64,000 nt of DNA from the NCBI GenBank assembly GCA_964511965.1, contig CAZEGF010000006.1, forward strand, positions 18,015 through 82,014. The letters run 5' to 3'. Both the position numbers and the translations under genes were made by a program. The notes under the pieces were generated by a model that worked only from the letters and a program-made list of their open reading frames with translations, ran no database searches and was not told where the DNA came from. This stretch comes from an uncultured Gammaproteobacteria bacterium (lineage in GTDB: Bacteria > Patescibacteriota > Microgenomatia > Levybacterales > GWA1-39-11). Shown here piece after piece: positions 26,011-36,574 of this stretch (position 1 is the first letter of the stretch; every line of letters starts with the position of its first letter).

Positions 26011-27021
26011 ATGCCGGCAATACAAAGAAGCGAGTTCTCACTCGCACTCAACCAAATAGCACAAGAACGAGGTGTTGATCCTGAAATAATTTTAGAGAGT
26101 ATCAAGACCGCAATTTTGGCAGCTTACAAAAAGGACCATGTCCAAGAGACAGTTGATGAAGATGAAGCAGTTGAGGCTGATAAGTATTCTGCAGAGATCA
26201 ATTCAAATACCGGTGAAACTAAAATAATGTACGAAGGGAAAGACGTAACTCCACCGGGATTTGGTCGAATTGCAACCCAAACAGCAAAGCAAGTTCTTCT
26301 ACAAAAAATCCGAGAACGTGAGAAAGATGCCATTATGGCTGAGTACACAAAAAGAATTGGAACAGTAGTAACAGGAAACATTTTAAGATTTGCAGGTAGT
26401 GCGATTATAGTTGATATCGGTAAGGCTGAAGCTTTGATTCCTCCAAATCACAGAATTCAAAACGAAAATTATTATCTCAATAAGAAAATGGCTGTTTATA
26501 TAGTCGAAATCGCTGAGGATGAAAAGCGCGGTCGCGAAATTATCGTTTCAAGAACTCATAACGGACTTTTAGAAGGACTTTTACGCCGGGAAGTTCCTGA
26601 AGTAGCATCAGGAAGTGTAACCATCAAAGAAATTGTCCGAGAACCAGGATCAAGAGCAAAAATTGCAGTTCATTCAGACCAATCTGGTATTGATCCTGTT
26701 GGATCTTGTGTCGGCCAAAAGGGAGTAAGAATACAGGCTGTTATTGATGCAATTGACGGACTTGAAAAAATTGATGTTATCCAATGGAATAGTGATACAT
26801 CAAGATTTATAGCAAATGCTCTTTCTCCGGCAAAAAATCTAACAATTGAACTGAATGAAAAAGAAAAATTAGCAACGGTAAAAGCACCAAAAGAAGAATT
26901 ACCTCTTATTATTGGTAAAGAAGGACAAAATGTAAGACTCGCTTCAAAATTAACAGGTTATAACATCGAAGTTGAAGGAATTGAAGCACCTTTAGAGCCA
27001 GAGCCTGAGGAAAAAGCCTAA
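26011..27021 (+). CDS. nusA: transcription factor NusA
   Basis: FGRIATQTAKQV, S1 domain, REPGSRAKIAV, DPVGSCVGQKGVRI, IGKEGQNVRLASKLTG. Confidence 0.97.
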   Translation: MPAIQRSEFSLALNQIAQERGVDPEIILESIKTAILAAYKKDHVQETVDEDEAVEADKYSAEINSNTGETKIMYEGKDVTPPGFGRIATQTAKQVLLQKIREREKDAIMAEYTKRIGTVVTGNILRFAGSAIIVDIGKAEALIPPNHRIQNENYYLNKKMAVYIVEIAEDEKRGREIIVSRTHNGLLEGLLRREVPEVASGSVTIKEIVREPGSRAKIAVHSDQSGIDPVGSCVGQKGVRIQAVIDAIDGLEKIDVIQWNSDTSRFIANALSPAKNLTIELNEKEKLATVKAPKEELPLIIGKEGQNVRLASKLTGYNIEVEGIEAPLEPEPEEKA

Positions 27022-27046
27022 TCATGAGAGTTCTAACGTTAAATAT

Positions 27047-28504
27047 ATGGAAAAACAAGCAGAATCTACAAAAATCTATCCTCCTGTCGTATCAGTTCTA
27101 GGCCACGTTGACCACGGAAAAACTACTTTACTTGACGCTATCCGAAAAAGTAATATCGTGGGTGGAGAAGCCGGTGGCATAACCCAAGCAATTGGAGCTT
27201 CAAAAATAGAGGTTGAACACGAAGGAAAAAAGAGGTTTATAACCTTTATCGATACTCCCGGTCATGAAGCATTTGCCAATATGCGCTCCCATGGTGTCAG
27301 TGCATCTGACATTGTGCTTCTTATTATTGCTTCAGATGATGGCATAAAACCCCAAACAAAGGAATCAATCGAAAAGATTTTAGCTTCAAAATTACCTTTT
27401 ATCGTTGTTTTTACCAAAATTGATGCTGAAGGATCTCAAATTGAAAAAATAAAACAGCAGTTGGCAAACGAAGGAGTACTGCTTGAAGGACTTGGAGGAG
27501 ACGTTCCATTTATTGGAGTTAGTGCAAAAACCGGTGAGAAAATTTCTGATCTTTTGGAGCTTATTGTTATCGTGTATGATTTTTCTGAAATTTCAAAAAC
27601 CGAATCCTCAGACTTTCAAGGGGTTATCATCGAGGCAAAATTAGATAAAAGACGAGGGATATTAGCGTCACTTGTGGTGAAAAATGGACAAGTTGCAGTT
27701 GGCGACAAGGTGTATACGGAGAAAAAAGAAGCCGGGAAGATCCGTGCATTAGTAGACACGACCGGTCAACAAGTAAAAGTAGCGATGCCTGGGGATGCTG
27801 TAGAAGTTCTTGGGTTTACCGAAGTTTTGCCTGCCGGAAGCATAGTTAACACAAAAGCTATCTCATCGGAGCAAAAAGAAAATGTTGATACCACTCACAA
27901 AACTGCTGATTTTTTGGCAATCCTTCAGAATAAGCAAAATGAAAAACTTCCGGTCATTATAAAAACCCAAACAAGCGGTGAATTTGAAGCTATTTTACAA
28001 ACGTTACCAGACGATGTCGAGGTTGTATTTGAGGGTCGTGGTGAGATTTCGGCTTCAGATGTACTTATGGCAAAAGATTTTAAAGCAATTATTGTTGGTT
28101 TTAATGTAACAATTGAGAAGCAAGCAAAAGTTCTTGCCGATTCAAACAAAATATTCTATAGGACATATAACATCATCTATAATCTTCTTGACGAATTGGT
28201 AGATGCAATCGCACTTATTCGTGAACGCCAACAAAGAAAAGTTCTTGGAAAAGCTCAAATTTTGGCTACTTTTGAAGGAAATGAAGGACAGATATTAGGA
28301 GTTAGAATTACCGAAGGAAGGCTCTCAGTTGGTGATAAAATCATTATTTCCCACGCTGAGGAGGAAACTGCCGACAGTAAAATTATTTCATTAAAACAAG
28401 GTAAAAAAGATATAAAAGAGTTAGGGAAAGGCAACGAATGCGGTATTATGATAGATCCTCAAGTTGACTTTACTATAGGTGATATGGTAATATCCTGTTT
28501 GTAA
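27047..28504 (+). CDS. infB: translation initiation factor IF-2 (short form without N-terminal extension)
   Basis: PPVVSVLGHVDHGKTTLLD, EAGGITQAIGA, FIDTPGHEAF, GNECGI. Confidence 0.95.
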   Translation: MEKQAESTKIYPPVVSVLGHVDHGKTTLLDAIRKSNIVGGEAGGITQAIGASKIEVEHEGKKRFITFIDTPGHEAFANMRSHGVSASDIVLLIIASDDGIKPQTKESIEKILASKLPFIVVFTKIDAEGSQIEKIKQQLANEGVLLEGLGGDVPFIGVSAKTGEKISDLLELIVIVYDFSEISKTESSDFQGVIIEAKLDKRRGILASLVVKNGQVAVGDKVYTEKKEAGKIRALVDTTGQQVKVAMPGDAVEVLGFTEVLPAGSIVNTKAISSEQKENVDTTHKTADFLAILQNKQNEKLPVIIKTQTSGEFEAILQTLPDDVEVVFEGRGEISASDVLMAKDFKAIIVGFNVTIEKQAKVLADSNKIFYRTYNIIYNLLDELVDAIALIRERQQRKVLGKAQILATFEGNEGQILGVRITEGRLSVGDKIIISHAEEETADSKIISLKQGKKDIKELGKGNECGIMIDPQVDFTIGDMVISCL

Positions 28505-28508
28505 ATAT

Positions 28509-29888
28509 ATGAATCCGACAATTGCGCAGGAAATCAGTCTTTTCAAAGGTTTTTTGGATCAGGCATCTGACCTTGGTATTTTTATTGGTAGTCATCAAAA
28601 TCTTGATACGGTTGCCGCTTCTCTTTCTCTGTATCTTTCACTAACTCAAGCTGGAAAAAAAGTCCAGATAATCTCGAAAAAAGCACCAACTGTTGAAGTT
28701 TCAAATCTAGTAGGTGTAAATAAAATTACTGAAAATTTTACATCAAGTAATTCAAGTAAACTAGTAGTATCACTACCTTATATTAGAGGAGAGGTTGAAA
28801 AAGTTCTTTTTACCGAGTATCCAAATTCAGAAAATCCAACAAATATTAATTTCCATTTGACAGCAGCTCCCGGAAAAAGTATTACACCATTCACAAATTC
28901 TGACGTAAGACTAATCTGGGAAGGTGGAGCTCCAGGCGCTATTATTACTGTTGGCGCAGGATCAATGGATGAGCTTATGGGTGTTGTAGATGCTGCTTCT
29001 GTCAAGATTGTTAATATCGATAATTTTTCAGGCAACTCACGATTTGGTGATGTTGTTCTTGTTGATGAATCATTTTCATCACTTTCTGAGATAGTTGGTA
29101 AAGTTCTTAAAGATCTTTCTCTCCCAATGGATATAGATGTAGCCCAGAATATTTTAGACGGAGTTCTATTTGCAACACGAAATTTTACAAAACCAAATAC
29201 TTCACCACTTGCTTTCGAAGCTGCTTCAAATGCAATGTATCAAGGTGCAAAAAGAAAAGCAGATGACGCTCAACCCCCCTTCGACAGAGCTCAGGGCAAG
29301 CAGGATCAACCAAGACGAGATCAAGGTTTCCAAAACACTCCAAGACCCTTCGACAATGCTCAGGGCAAGCGAGATCAAAACCGTGACCAACGAGGGCAGT
29401 CCTTCGACAGAGCTCAGGATAAACAAAATAGACAACAACCAAGAGTGAACGATGCTGATTTTCCTGCGATGCATATGCAAGGACCAAGAGGATCACAAAA
29501 CCCAACTGATAACAGAAGATTTAATAATCCACAAAGAGGTGGACAATCTGCTCCACAACGTCCACAACAGTCCTTCGACAGAACTTCCTCCAATTCGGCG
29601 GACAGGCAGGGTGGGCAATTTGGACAAGGCCAATCAGCTGTTGATGATATAAGAAACCGGATCAGACAACAACAAGAAGAAAAGTCAGCTGTTTCAAATC
29701 AAATGCCAGTTGATGATGATTTAAATCAACCAATTATGGACGCACAGTTAGTAAATGAACCAACAGTTGCTCCAATTGAAGATGTAACAATGCCAGAAGA
29801 GCAAAATTACAATGAGGCTCCAACAGATGAGATTCCAGATGATTGGTTGATGCCAAAAGTCTTCAAAAGCTCCAAGAACAACAACTAA
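28509..29888 (+). CDS. degenerate DHH/NrnA-like protein with long disordered Gln/Arg/Pro-rich C-terminus
   Basis: H..LDTVAASLSL, IVNIDNF..N.RFG, SSLSEIV, AT.NF motifs; position after infB; DHH motif itself is not intact (IDNF). Confidence 0.65.
   Translation: MNPTIAQEISLFKGFLDQASDLGIFIGSHQNLDTVAASLSLYLSLTQAGKKVQIISKKAPTVEVSNLVGVNKITENFTSSNSSKLVVSLPYIRGEVEKVLFTEYPNSENPTNINFHLTAAPGKSITPFTNSDVRLIWEGGAPGAIITVGAGSMDELMGVVDAASVKIVNIDNFSGNSRFGDVVLVDESFSSLSEIVGKVLKDLSLPMDIDVAQNILDGVLFATRNFTKPNTSPLAFEAASNAMYQGAKRKADDAQPPFDRAQGKQDQPRRDQGFQNTPRPFDNAQGKRDQNRDQRGQSFDRAQDKQNRQQPRVNDADFPAMHMQGPRGSQNPTDNRRFNNPQRGGQSAPQRPQQSFDRTSSNSADRQGGQFGQGQSAVDDIRNRIRQQQEEKSAVSNQMPVDDDLNQPIMDAQLVNEPTVAPIEDVTMPEEQNYNEAPTDEIPDDWLMPKVFKSSKNNN
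29277..29610 (+). repeat. four in-frame REP-like CCTTCGACAGAGCTCAGG units inside CDS
   Basis: 29277-29300, 29346-29369, 29400-29424 and partial 29571-29610; encode PFDRAQGK, PFDNAQGK, SFDRAQDK, SFDRT. Confidence 0.75.
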
Positions 29889-29947
29889 CCCAGTGTTTAA
29901 GAGTGACTTATTGATTATATAGCCTCAATCTGGTAGAATACATTTCT

Positions 29948-30217
29948 ATGCCATTAACAACAGACGAAAAAACAGTCATTATTAAAGACAACGCCGTCAT
30001 CGACGGAGACACAGGATCACCGGAAGTGCAGATAGCACTTCTTACACATAAGATCACAAAATTGACGGATCATCTAAAAATCCATCAAAAAGATTTCCAC
30101 AGTAGACGTGGACTTCTAAATATGTTATCAAAGAGAAGAAGGCTTTTTAATTTCTTAACAAAAGTTGACAAAGTCCGTGCTGAAGGCATCGGCAAAAAAG
30201 TCGGCCTCGTAAAATAA
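29948..30217 (+). CDS. rpsO: 30S ribosomal protein S15
   Basis: DTGSPEVQIALLT..HLKIHQKDFHSRRGLL. Confidence 0.97.
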   Translation: MPLTTDEKTVIIKDNAVIDGDTGSPEVQIALLTHKITKLTDHLKIHQKDFHSRRGLLNMLSKRRRLFNFLTKVDKVRAEGIGKKVGLVK

Positions 30218-30293
30218 GCAAAGCTTGCTTTGCTTCGCAAAGTAGCACTCACAATTACTTGTTTGTTGTTGGGGGAAGGATAAAAAAATTTAA

Positions 30294-32675
30294 ATGAAAA
30301 AATCTACAAATAAAGTTTCCAAATCTTTTGATTTAAATGGAAAAACAATAACATTTGAAATGGGCGAGCTTGCTCAGCTTGCTACATCTAGTGTTTTGGC
30401 TCGAATGGGTGACACTGTCGTTTTGGCAACAGTTACCATGGGTCGCAATGACACAACTCTTAATTATTTCCCACTTTCGGTGGATTATGTTGAAAGACTA
30501 TATGCCGGAGGAAAGATCAAAGGATCAAGATGGGTTAAAAGAGAAGGAAGACCAACAGATGACGCAGTTTTGACCGGTCGACTTATTGATCGTTCTATCC
30601 GTCCACTATTCCCTAAAGAACTTAAAAAAGACGTTCAAGTAATCGTAAATGTTCTATCAGTTGATGGAGTAAATGACCCAGACATTTTGGCTATCAATGC
30701 AGTTAGCATGGCACTTTCTATCTCAAAGATTCCATGGAATGGACCAGTTGGTGCGATGCGAGCTGGTGTTTTGACTGAAGACAGCACAAATACTCCAGTT
30801 ACAAACCCAGACACTACAAGTCCTCTTTCGCTTGATTTGGTTTTGACAGCAAGTCCTACAGGTCATACTCTTATGGTTGAAGCTGGTGCATCTCAAATTC
30901 CAGAAGATGTTGCATTAAAAGCTGTAACACTCGCCCGTGAATGGGGATCAAAATTAGTTGAATTTATTAAAGAAGTTACAAAAGAAATTGGTGAAGCAAA
31001 AATTGAATTAACAATTGATGAGACAAAGGCTGATTATGTAACGCTAGTCGAAAAATCCTACAAGAAAAATGTAATCGATGTTTTGGAAGGAGAATTAGGT
31101 GAAAATGTGAGTGGAGAGTTGGGTAAAATAGTTGACCTTATAGCAGAGGAAGAAGCCAAAAAGCTTAAAGAAGGGGAGAGTGTAGACAAAAGTAAATTAT
31201 TTGATGCAGTTGACTACGTTTTCAAAAAGATAATCCGGGAAAATATCGTTGAAAAAGACAAAAGATTTGACGGTCGAAAATTGGACGAAGTAAGACCAAT
31301 TACATCCTCTGTCGGATATTTACCACGAGTTCATGGATCGGCTTTATTCTCACGGGGAGAAACCCAAGTTCTTTCAGTAGCAACTCTTGCCTCATCTTCA
31401 TTCAGCCAATTGGTTGAAACTCTTGATGGTGAAGAAACCCAACGATACATGCATCATTATTCATTCCCTCCGTATTCAGTTGGTGAGACTGGAAGAATTG
31501 GAAGCCCAAATAGACGTGAGATCGGTCACGGAGCACTTGCACAACGTGCTTTAGAAGCTGTTTTGCCGCCTCTTGAGACATTCCCATATGCAATTCGAGT
31601 TGTGTCTGAGGTTATGTCTTCGAATGGATCAACTTCTATGGCATCTGCTTGTGGATCTACGCTTGCTCTTATGGATGCAGGTGTACCAATAGTAGCTCCG
31701 GTTGCCGGAATTGCAATTGGACTTATGACTTTGGGTGACAAATATAAAATTCTGACCGACATTATTGGTCTTGAAGATTTTGCTGGGGATATGGACTTTA
31801 AAGTTGCCGGAACGAAAAATGGTATTACTGCAATTCAACTTGACGTTAAGAAAGATGCGTTGACTGACGAAATGGTTTCTGAAGTATTTGAGCGGGCAAA
31901 GAAAGCTCGACTTGAGATATTAACAGTTATGATGAAAGCACTTTCCGAATCAAGAAAAGAAGTCAGTGAATTTGCTCCAAAGATCAAGATGATTAAGATC
32001 GATCCTGAAAAGATCGGTGGACTTATCGGACCCGGAGGCAAGATGATCAAAAGTATTATCGCTTCAACTGGTGCTCAGGTTGATGTAGAAGATGATGGCT
32101 CTGTATCTATTTCAGCAGTTGATGAGGAAGCAGTCCAAAAAGCAGTTGAATGGATTGAGGGACTTACACATGAAGTAAAACCGGGAGAAGAATATGAAGG
32201 AACGGTAAAGCGTATGATGAATTTTGGAGCATTTGTTGAAATTTTACCCGGAAAAGAGGGACTCGTTCATGTATCTGAGATGTCAACAGATTACGTACAA
32301 GACCCAGCAGACGTTGTCCAACTTGATCAAAAAGTAAAGGTAAGAGTAAAAGAGATTGATGAAATGGGAAGAATTAATCTTTCAATGAAATTTGGAGAGG
32401 ACGCTGACAAACCATCAAAAAGACCTGAAGGAGAAGGAAGTGGTGGAGACCGCGGCGGTGATAGAGGACCAAGAGGTGGTGGATCACGTGGTGGATTTGG
32501 CGGAGGACGCGGAGGTTCAGGAGGCGGAGGTTTTCGTAGTGGTGGACCACGACGTGACTTTGGCGGAGGTAGTAGAAGTGGTGGGTCTTCAAGAGGTTTT
32601 GGTGGACGAAGATCAAGTGGAGCAGATAAAAAACCTAGTTATCAAGGCGGACGCCGGGATGATTGGAGAGGTTAG
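30294..32675 (+). CDS. pnp: polyribonucleotide nucleotidyltransferase
   Basis: RLIDRSIRPLFP, HGSALFSRGETQ, RREIGHGALA, GDMDFKVAGT, KH and S1 domains, RGG-rich tail. Confidence 0.97.
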   Translation: MKKSTNKVSKSFDLNGKTITFEMGELAQLATSSVLARMGDTVVLATVTMGRNDTTLNYFPLSVDYVERLYAGGKIKGSRWVKREGRPTDDAVLTGRLIDRSIRPLFPKELKKDVQVIVNVLSVDGVNDPDILAINAVSMALSISKIPWNGPVGAMRAGVLTEDSTNTPVTNPDTTSPLSLDLVLTASPTGHTLMVEAGASQIPEDVALKAVTLAREWGSKLVEFIKEVTKEIGEAKIELTIDETKADYVTLVEKSYKKNVIDVLEGELGENVSGELGKIVDLIAEEEAKKLKEGESVDKSKLFDAVDYVFKKIIRENIVEKDKRFDGRKLDEVRPITSSVGYLPRVHGSALFSRGETQVLSVATLASSSFSQLVETLDGEETQRYMHHYSFPPYSVGETGRIGSPNRREIGHGALAQRALEAVLPPLETFPYAIRVVSEVMSSNGSTSMASACGSTLALMDAGVPIVAPVAGIAIGLMTLGDKYKILTDIIGLEDFAGDMDFKVAGTKNGITAIQLDVKKDALTDEMVSEVFERAKKARLEILTVMMKALSESRKEVSEFAPKIKMIKIDPEKIGGLIGPGGKMIKSIIASTGAQVDVEDDGSVSISAVDEEAVQKAVEWIEGLTHEVKPGEEYEGTVKRMMNFGAFVEILPGKEGLVHVSEMSTDYVQDPADVVQLDQKVKVRVKEIDEMGRINLSMKFGEDADKPSKRPEGEGSGGDRGGDRGPRGGGSRGGFGGGRGGSGGGGFRSGGPRRDFGGGSRSGGSSRGFGGRRSSGADKKPSYQGGRRDDWRG

Positions 32676-32721
32676 TATCAGGAAATAGTGAATAGTAATT
32701 AGTGATTAGTTAATTCAATTC

Positions 32722-33540
32722 TCAACTCTCAAATATCAAATCTACAGCTTTTTCCATAACCCTGTTAAATTTCTTGTTAAAGTCTTTGATTGTATCCCAG
32801 TATGGTTCGCGTGTTGCCTGATCCATAATAAAACCCCTATTATATTCGATTTGAATCCCAACTACCTTATTTCCAAAATCATTTTTTGGATTTCCAAAAT
32901 TCTGCATGATATACCCTCCTTTATATGAAGTATTTATCTCAACCTCAGTCTTTTTTACTCCAAATTCCTCTACTATAAATGTTTGAATACTTTGTATGAC
33001 TTTAGGTGGGCTTGTGGTAAACCCATTTGCAGGATCCACTTCTCCAGTATGAGGTAATCCAAAGTTGGAGAGTATAAAGCTTGGCATAGTTCTATTTTCA
33101 CCCGGTAATTTTCTATCCCGTTTGCCGGTACGCTGATCAAAATCCCCAGTGTCGTGGTGATCCCACAAAATTACTTTGTCAAAACCTAACTGTTTTGACT
33201 CTTTAATAAGCCTTGATATCTCTTCATAATACGGATCATAATGATTTTCAAAATAAAAAGTCTTTTCTTCATCTGTAAGATGCAGTCCTTCTTTCCAGAT
33301 AGTATTTCCATGAAAGTCTTGATGTTTGAATAGTGAGTGATCTCGTGGTTGGTTGAGACTTCCAAGGCCCCTTGTATATTTTGACTTTAGATTTCCTAAA
33401 GCATGTGGGTGATAAGCAGTATTTCCAGTATATTTGTCGCTAAATTCTCCGATTTGCCACCAGTCCAAAGCAACTCTATGCTCAAGTTCCTCAAAACTTT
33501 CCGAATCATGCGGGGCTGAGGTAATAAGTGGCAATATCAT
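32722..33540 (-). CDS. N-formylglutamate amidohydrolase family protein
   Basis: TSAPHD, D.YT, SLNQPR, YDPYY, WDHH, YKGGYI, IQIEYNR. Confidence 0.75.
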   Translation of the reverse strand: MILPLITSAPHDSESFEELEHRVALDWWQIGEFSDKYTGNTAYHPHALGNLKSKYTRGLGSLNQPRDHSLFKHQDFHGNTIWKEGLHLTDEEKTFYFENHYDPYYEEISRLIKESKQLGFDKVILWDHHDTGDFDQRTGKRDRKLPGENRTMPSFILSNFGLPHTGEVDPANGFTTSPPKVIQSIQTFIVEEFGVKKTEVEINTSYKGGYIMQNFGNPKNDFGNKVVGIQIEYNRGFIMDQATREPYWDTIKDFNKKFNRVMEKAVDLIFES

Positions 33541-33606
33541 TTCTGTCTTATTATATATCCCCTTAATGCTTAATTCTTGCCCCTTAATTCTTGTTATAAT
33601 GATCTT

Positions 33607-34773
33607 ATGGATTCTGCCCAGGGTGATAGCCCTTCTGATCAAAATGTAGCAAGTAGCACGCAGCAAGTAGCAAGTAGTCAACCCGAACCATCAGTCGAAC
33701 CGGTCGCTGATAATGGAACCCAAATTGCGAAGCTTGAAGGTTTGATAAATAACGCGCGTCTCCCAGAAGATCTCAATCAAGCGGCCCGTGCAATGGTTGC
33801 ACGTCTTAAAATAGTCAAAGATCAACCCTCTTTTTACACGGAATATGACACAATGTCTCGATATATCACATGGATAACAGCCCTTCCTTGGAACAAAATG
33901 TCCCAAGATATTCTCGACCTTGCCCACGCCAAGCAGGTTTTGGACAAAAACCATTTTGGGCTAGAGGTGGTAAAGGAACAAATTTTAGAGTTTTTATCCA
34001 TCATGATTTTGACAAAGCAAAGAGCTGGGCAAGAGGGGTCAGATATCATAGCTCGTGCTCCAATATTGTCTTTAGTTGGTCTTGCCGGTGTTGGAAAAAC
34101 AACAATTGCGTACTCAATTGCTGAGGCCTTGGGGCGAAAAATAGAGCGCATTCCATTTGGAGGAATGGGATCTGCTTCTCAACTTCGTGGCAAGTCGCGA
34201 CTTTATTCAGATAGTGAGCCGGGGTTTGTGATAAAAGCACTACGCCGTGCAGGTACTTCAAATCCGGTTATTTTACTTGACGAAATTGATAGGGTGAGCG
34301 AGGAGGCCCGAAGTGACATCATGGGAGTACTTGTCGAGCTTTTGGATCCACTTCAAAACAAAGCATTTACGGATCATTTTATAGACTATCCGGTAGATCT
34401 TTCCCAAGTCCTTTTTATAGCTACAAGCAACAACACAAAAGACATCTCAACGGCTGTAATTGACCGTCTTGAAATCATTCAAATGCCTTCATATACTGAT
34501 GAGGAAAAAATTGTGATTGGAAAAACTTTTGTTTTGCCACATGTCCTTCACGAATCAGGACTTACGCCAAATGATTTTGCGATAAATGATGATGTATGGC
34601 CGGAGGCAATTGTCAGACCTTTGGGATATGATCCTGGAATTCGTGGTCTTCAACGCGTGATTCAGGGAATCGTGAGAAAAACGGTTTATTACATGATGCT
34701 TGGGAAAATTCCTCGTGGGCAGAAATTTATTGTAACAATGGAGAACATTAAAAGCTTCGTTAGTGCTTGGTGA
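33607..34773 (+). CDS. Lon-like AAA+ ATPase module without protease domain
   Basis: LDKNHFGLEVVKEQILE, GLAGVGKTT, NPVILLDEID, FTDHFIDYPVDLSQVLFIAT, DRLEII; ends before the Ser-Lys domain. Confidence 0.85.
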   Translation: MDSAQGDSPSDQNVASSTQQVASSQPEPSVEPVADNGTQIAKLEGLINNARLPEDLNQAARAMVARLKIVKDQPSFYTEYDTMSRYITWITALPWNKMSQDILDLAHAKQVLDKNHFGLEVVKEQILEFLSIMILTKQRAGQEGSDIIARAPILSLVGLAGVGKTTIAYSIAEALGRKIERIPFGGMGSASQLRGKSRLYSDSEPGFVIKALRRAGTSNPVILLDEIDRVSEEARSDIMGVLVELLDPLQNKAFTDHFIDYPVDLSQVLFIATSNNTKDISTAVIDRLEIIQMPSYTDEEKIVIGKTFVLPHVLHESGLTPNDFAINDDVWPEAIVRPLGYDPGIRGLQRVIQGIVRKTVYYMMLGKIPRGQKFIVTMENIKSFVSAW

Positions 34774-34774
34774 T

Positions 34775-34860
34775 TAATTATTAATGATTGATGACTGATG
34801 GCTAAAAAAAGACTATAATATCAACATATTTTAACCATTAATAATTAGTCATTAACCATT
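34775..34860. repeat. heptamer-period inverted array
   Basis: TAATTAT TAATGAT TGATGAC TGATGGC ... AACCATT AATAATT AGTCATT AACCATT. Confidence 0.6.
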
Positions 34861-34861
34861 T

Positions 34862-36535
34862 ATGGATACTCAAAATACAAATAACTCTCTCACTCTCATT
34901 CCCCTTGGTGGAATTGGAAGCGTTACCAAAAACATGTATTTATACATATACGGTAATGACATCTTGATTGTTGACTGTGGGATGGGATTTCCGGATGCAT
35001 CAACCCCTGGAGTAGATTTTTTGATCCCTGATATTACCCATCTTAAAAAATTGGTAGCAGGTGGCAAAAGAATTGTAGGACTACTTCTTACCCATGGACA
35101 CGAGGATCACATTGGAGGAGTACCATTTGTTCTTGATCAACTTCCATCATTTCCTATCTATGCAACACCACTTACGGCTGCATTTACCAATGAAAAGCTG
35201 AAAGATTTTGGACTAAATCAACGCGTTGTTGAGGTCAAATTTAAAAAAGACTTTAACCTTGGTGCTTTTACCGTTCGCTTTTTACACATTACCCATTCGG
35301 TTATGGATACATCAAATATTTTTATCAAAAGCCCTATTGGGAATTTCTATCATGGGTCAGACTACAAGTTCGACTTAACTCCTCCGGATGACAAACCATC
35401 TGACATGCATGGGATTGCAGCAACTGCAAGTGAAGGAGTTCTTTGCATGTTGTCAGATTGTCTTGGTGCAGAGCGGGAGGGGCATAGTAAATCTGAGCGC
35501 AAAATCAGTGATAGTTTTGAATCAGAATTCAGACGCACGAAAGGAAGGGTATTTGTAAGTACTTATTCATCAAATATATCTCGTATGAATCAAGCGATTG
35601 AGGCGGCTATGAAATTTAACCGCAAAGTCTGCTTTATTGGCCGTTCATTTATCAAAGCACGGGATATTGGAAGACAATTAGGATACATGAAATTGCCTCA
35701 AAATATGGAGATAAAACCACAACAAGTAATGAGTATGGATCCATCAAAAGTTATGATTTTGATCCCCGGATCTCAAGCTCAAGAAGAATCGGCACTGGTC
35801 AGGGTTGCAAATGACAATGACAAAGCGCTTCGGATAGATAAAAACGACACGGTTATTTTTTCTGCAGATCCAATTCCTGGAAATGAAGTTAATATTTATA
35901 AGCTAATTGACACTATTGTTAAAAGAGGAGCCAGAGTAATTCACAGTGACATGACTGATGAATTCCATGTGTCAGGACACGGGTCGCAAAATGATATTAA
36001 ACTTTTGGCAACTCTGACACAGCCTCGGTTTGCTTTCCCGATAGGTGGGAATTTCAGACACATGAGTGCATTTAAGAGAATTATGGGAGATCTTGGTATG
36101 CGCGAACAAGATATTATACTTCCGGAGTATGGACAGGAAGTAATCTTTAATAAAATAAGCTACCGGTATGGAGCAAAGGTGCCTTTGGCAACTGTGTATG
36201 TAGACCAGATTACGGGTGAGGAAATGGAGAAATTTATTTTGATGGACCGTCAGAAAATTAGTGAGGAGGGGATCATGATTGTTATCGTTGAAATAGAGGG
36301 GGAGACTGGAAAAGTAGTCTCTACACCTGACATAATTGCCCGTGGGTTTGTTTTCCCTGAAAAAGAAGGTTTTGCTAAAAAGCTCAATGAAGAATTACTC
36401 GTTGAATTGGGACAAAAAACTCCAAAGAGCAACAATATGGGAACTTACAGAAAGATCATTCAAAGAACGAGTGAAAACCTTCTGTATAGAATGAAGCGTG
36501 AACCTCTCGTCATCCCCGTCGTGATTGAAGTTTAA
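34862..36535 (+). CDS. rnj: ribonuclease J
   Basis: PLGGIGSVTKNM, THGHEDHIG, THS, DYKFD, IPGNE, HVSGHG. Confidence 0.95.
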   Translation: MDTQNTNNSLTLIPLGGIGSVTKNMYLYIYGNDILIVDCGMGFPDASTPGVDFLIPDITHLKKLVAGGKRIVGLLLTHGHEDHIGGVPFVLDQLPSFPIYATPLTAAFTNEKLKDFGLNQRVVEVKFKKDFNLGAFTVRFLHITHSVMDTSNIFIKSPIGNFYHGSDYKFDLTPPDDKPSDMHGIAATASEGVLCMLSDCLGAEREGHSKSERKISDSFESEFRRTKGRVFVSTYSSNISRMNQAIEAAMKFNRKVCFIGRSFIKARDIGRQLGYMKLPQNMEIKPQQVMSMDPSKVMILIPGSQAQEESALVRVANDNDKALRIDKNDTVIFSADPIPGNEVNIYKLIDTIVKRGARVIHSDMTDEFHVSGHGSQNDIKLLATLTQPRFAFPIGGNFRHMSAFKRIMGDLGMREQDIILPEYGQEVIFNKISYRYGAKVPLATVYVDQITGEEMEKFILMDRQKISEEGIMIVIVEIEGETGKVVSTPDIIARGFVFPEKEGFAKKLNEELLVELGQKTPKSNNMGTYRKIIQRTSENLLYRMKREPLVIPVVIEV

Positions 36536-36574
36536 ATTTTTAGGTTTACAATTAAGTTGATAAATTCTAATCTT

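Noticed and set aside
29277-29424. 24-nt repeats with 30-45 nt spacers as a mini-CRISPR
   Set aside because: Only three degenerate copies, in-frame within an intact CDS, and no cas genes or leader
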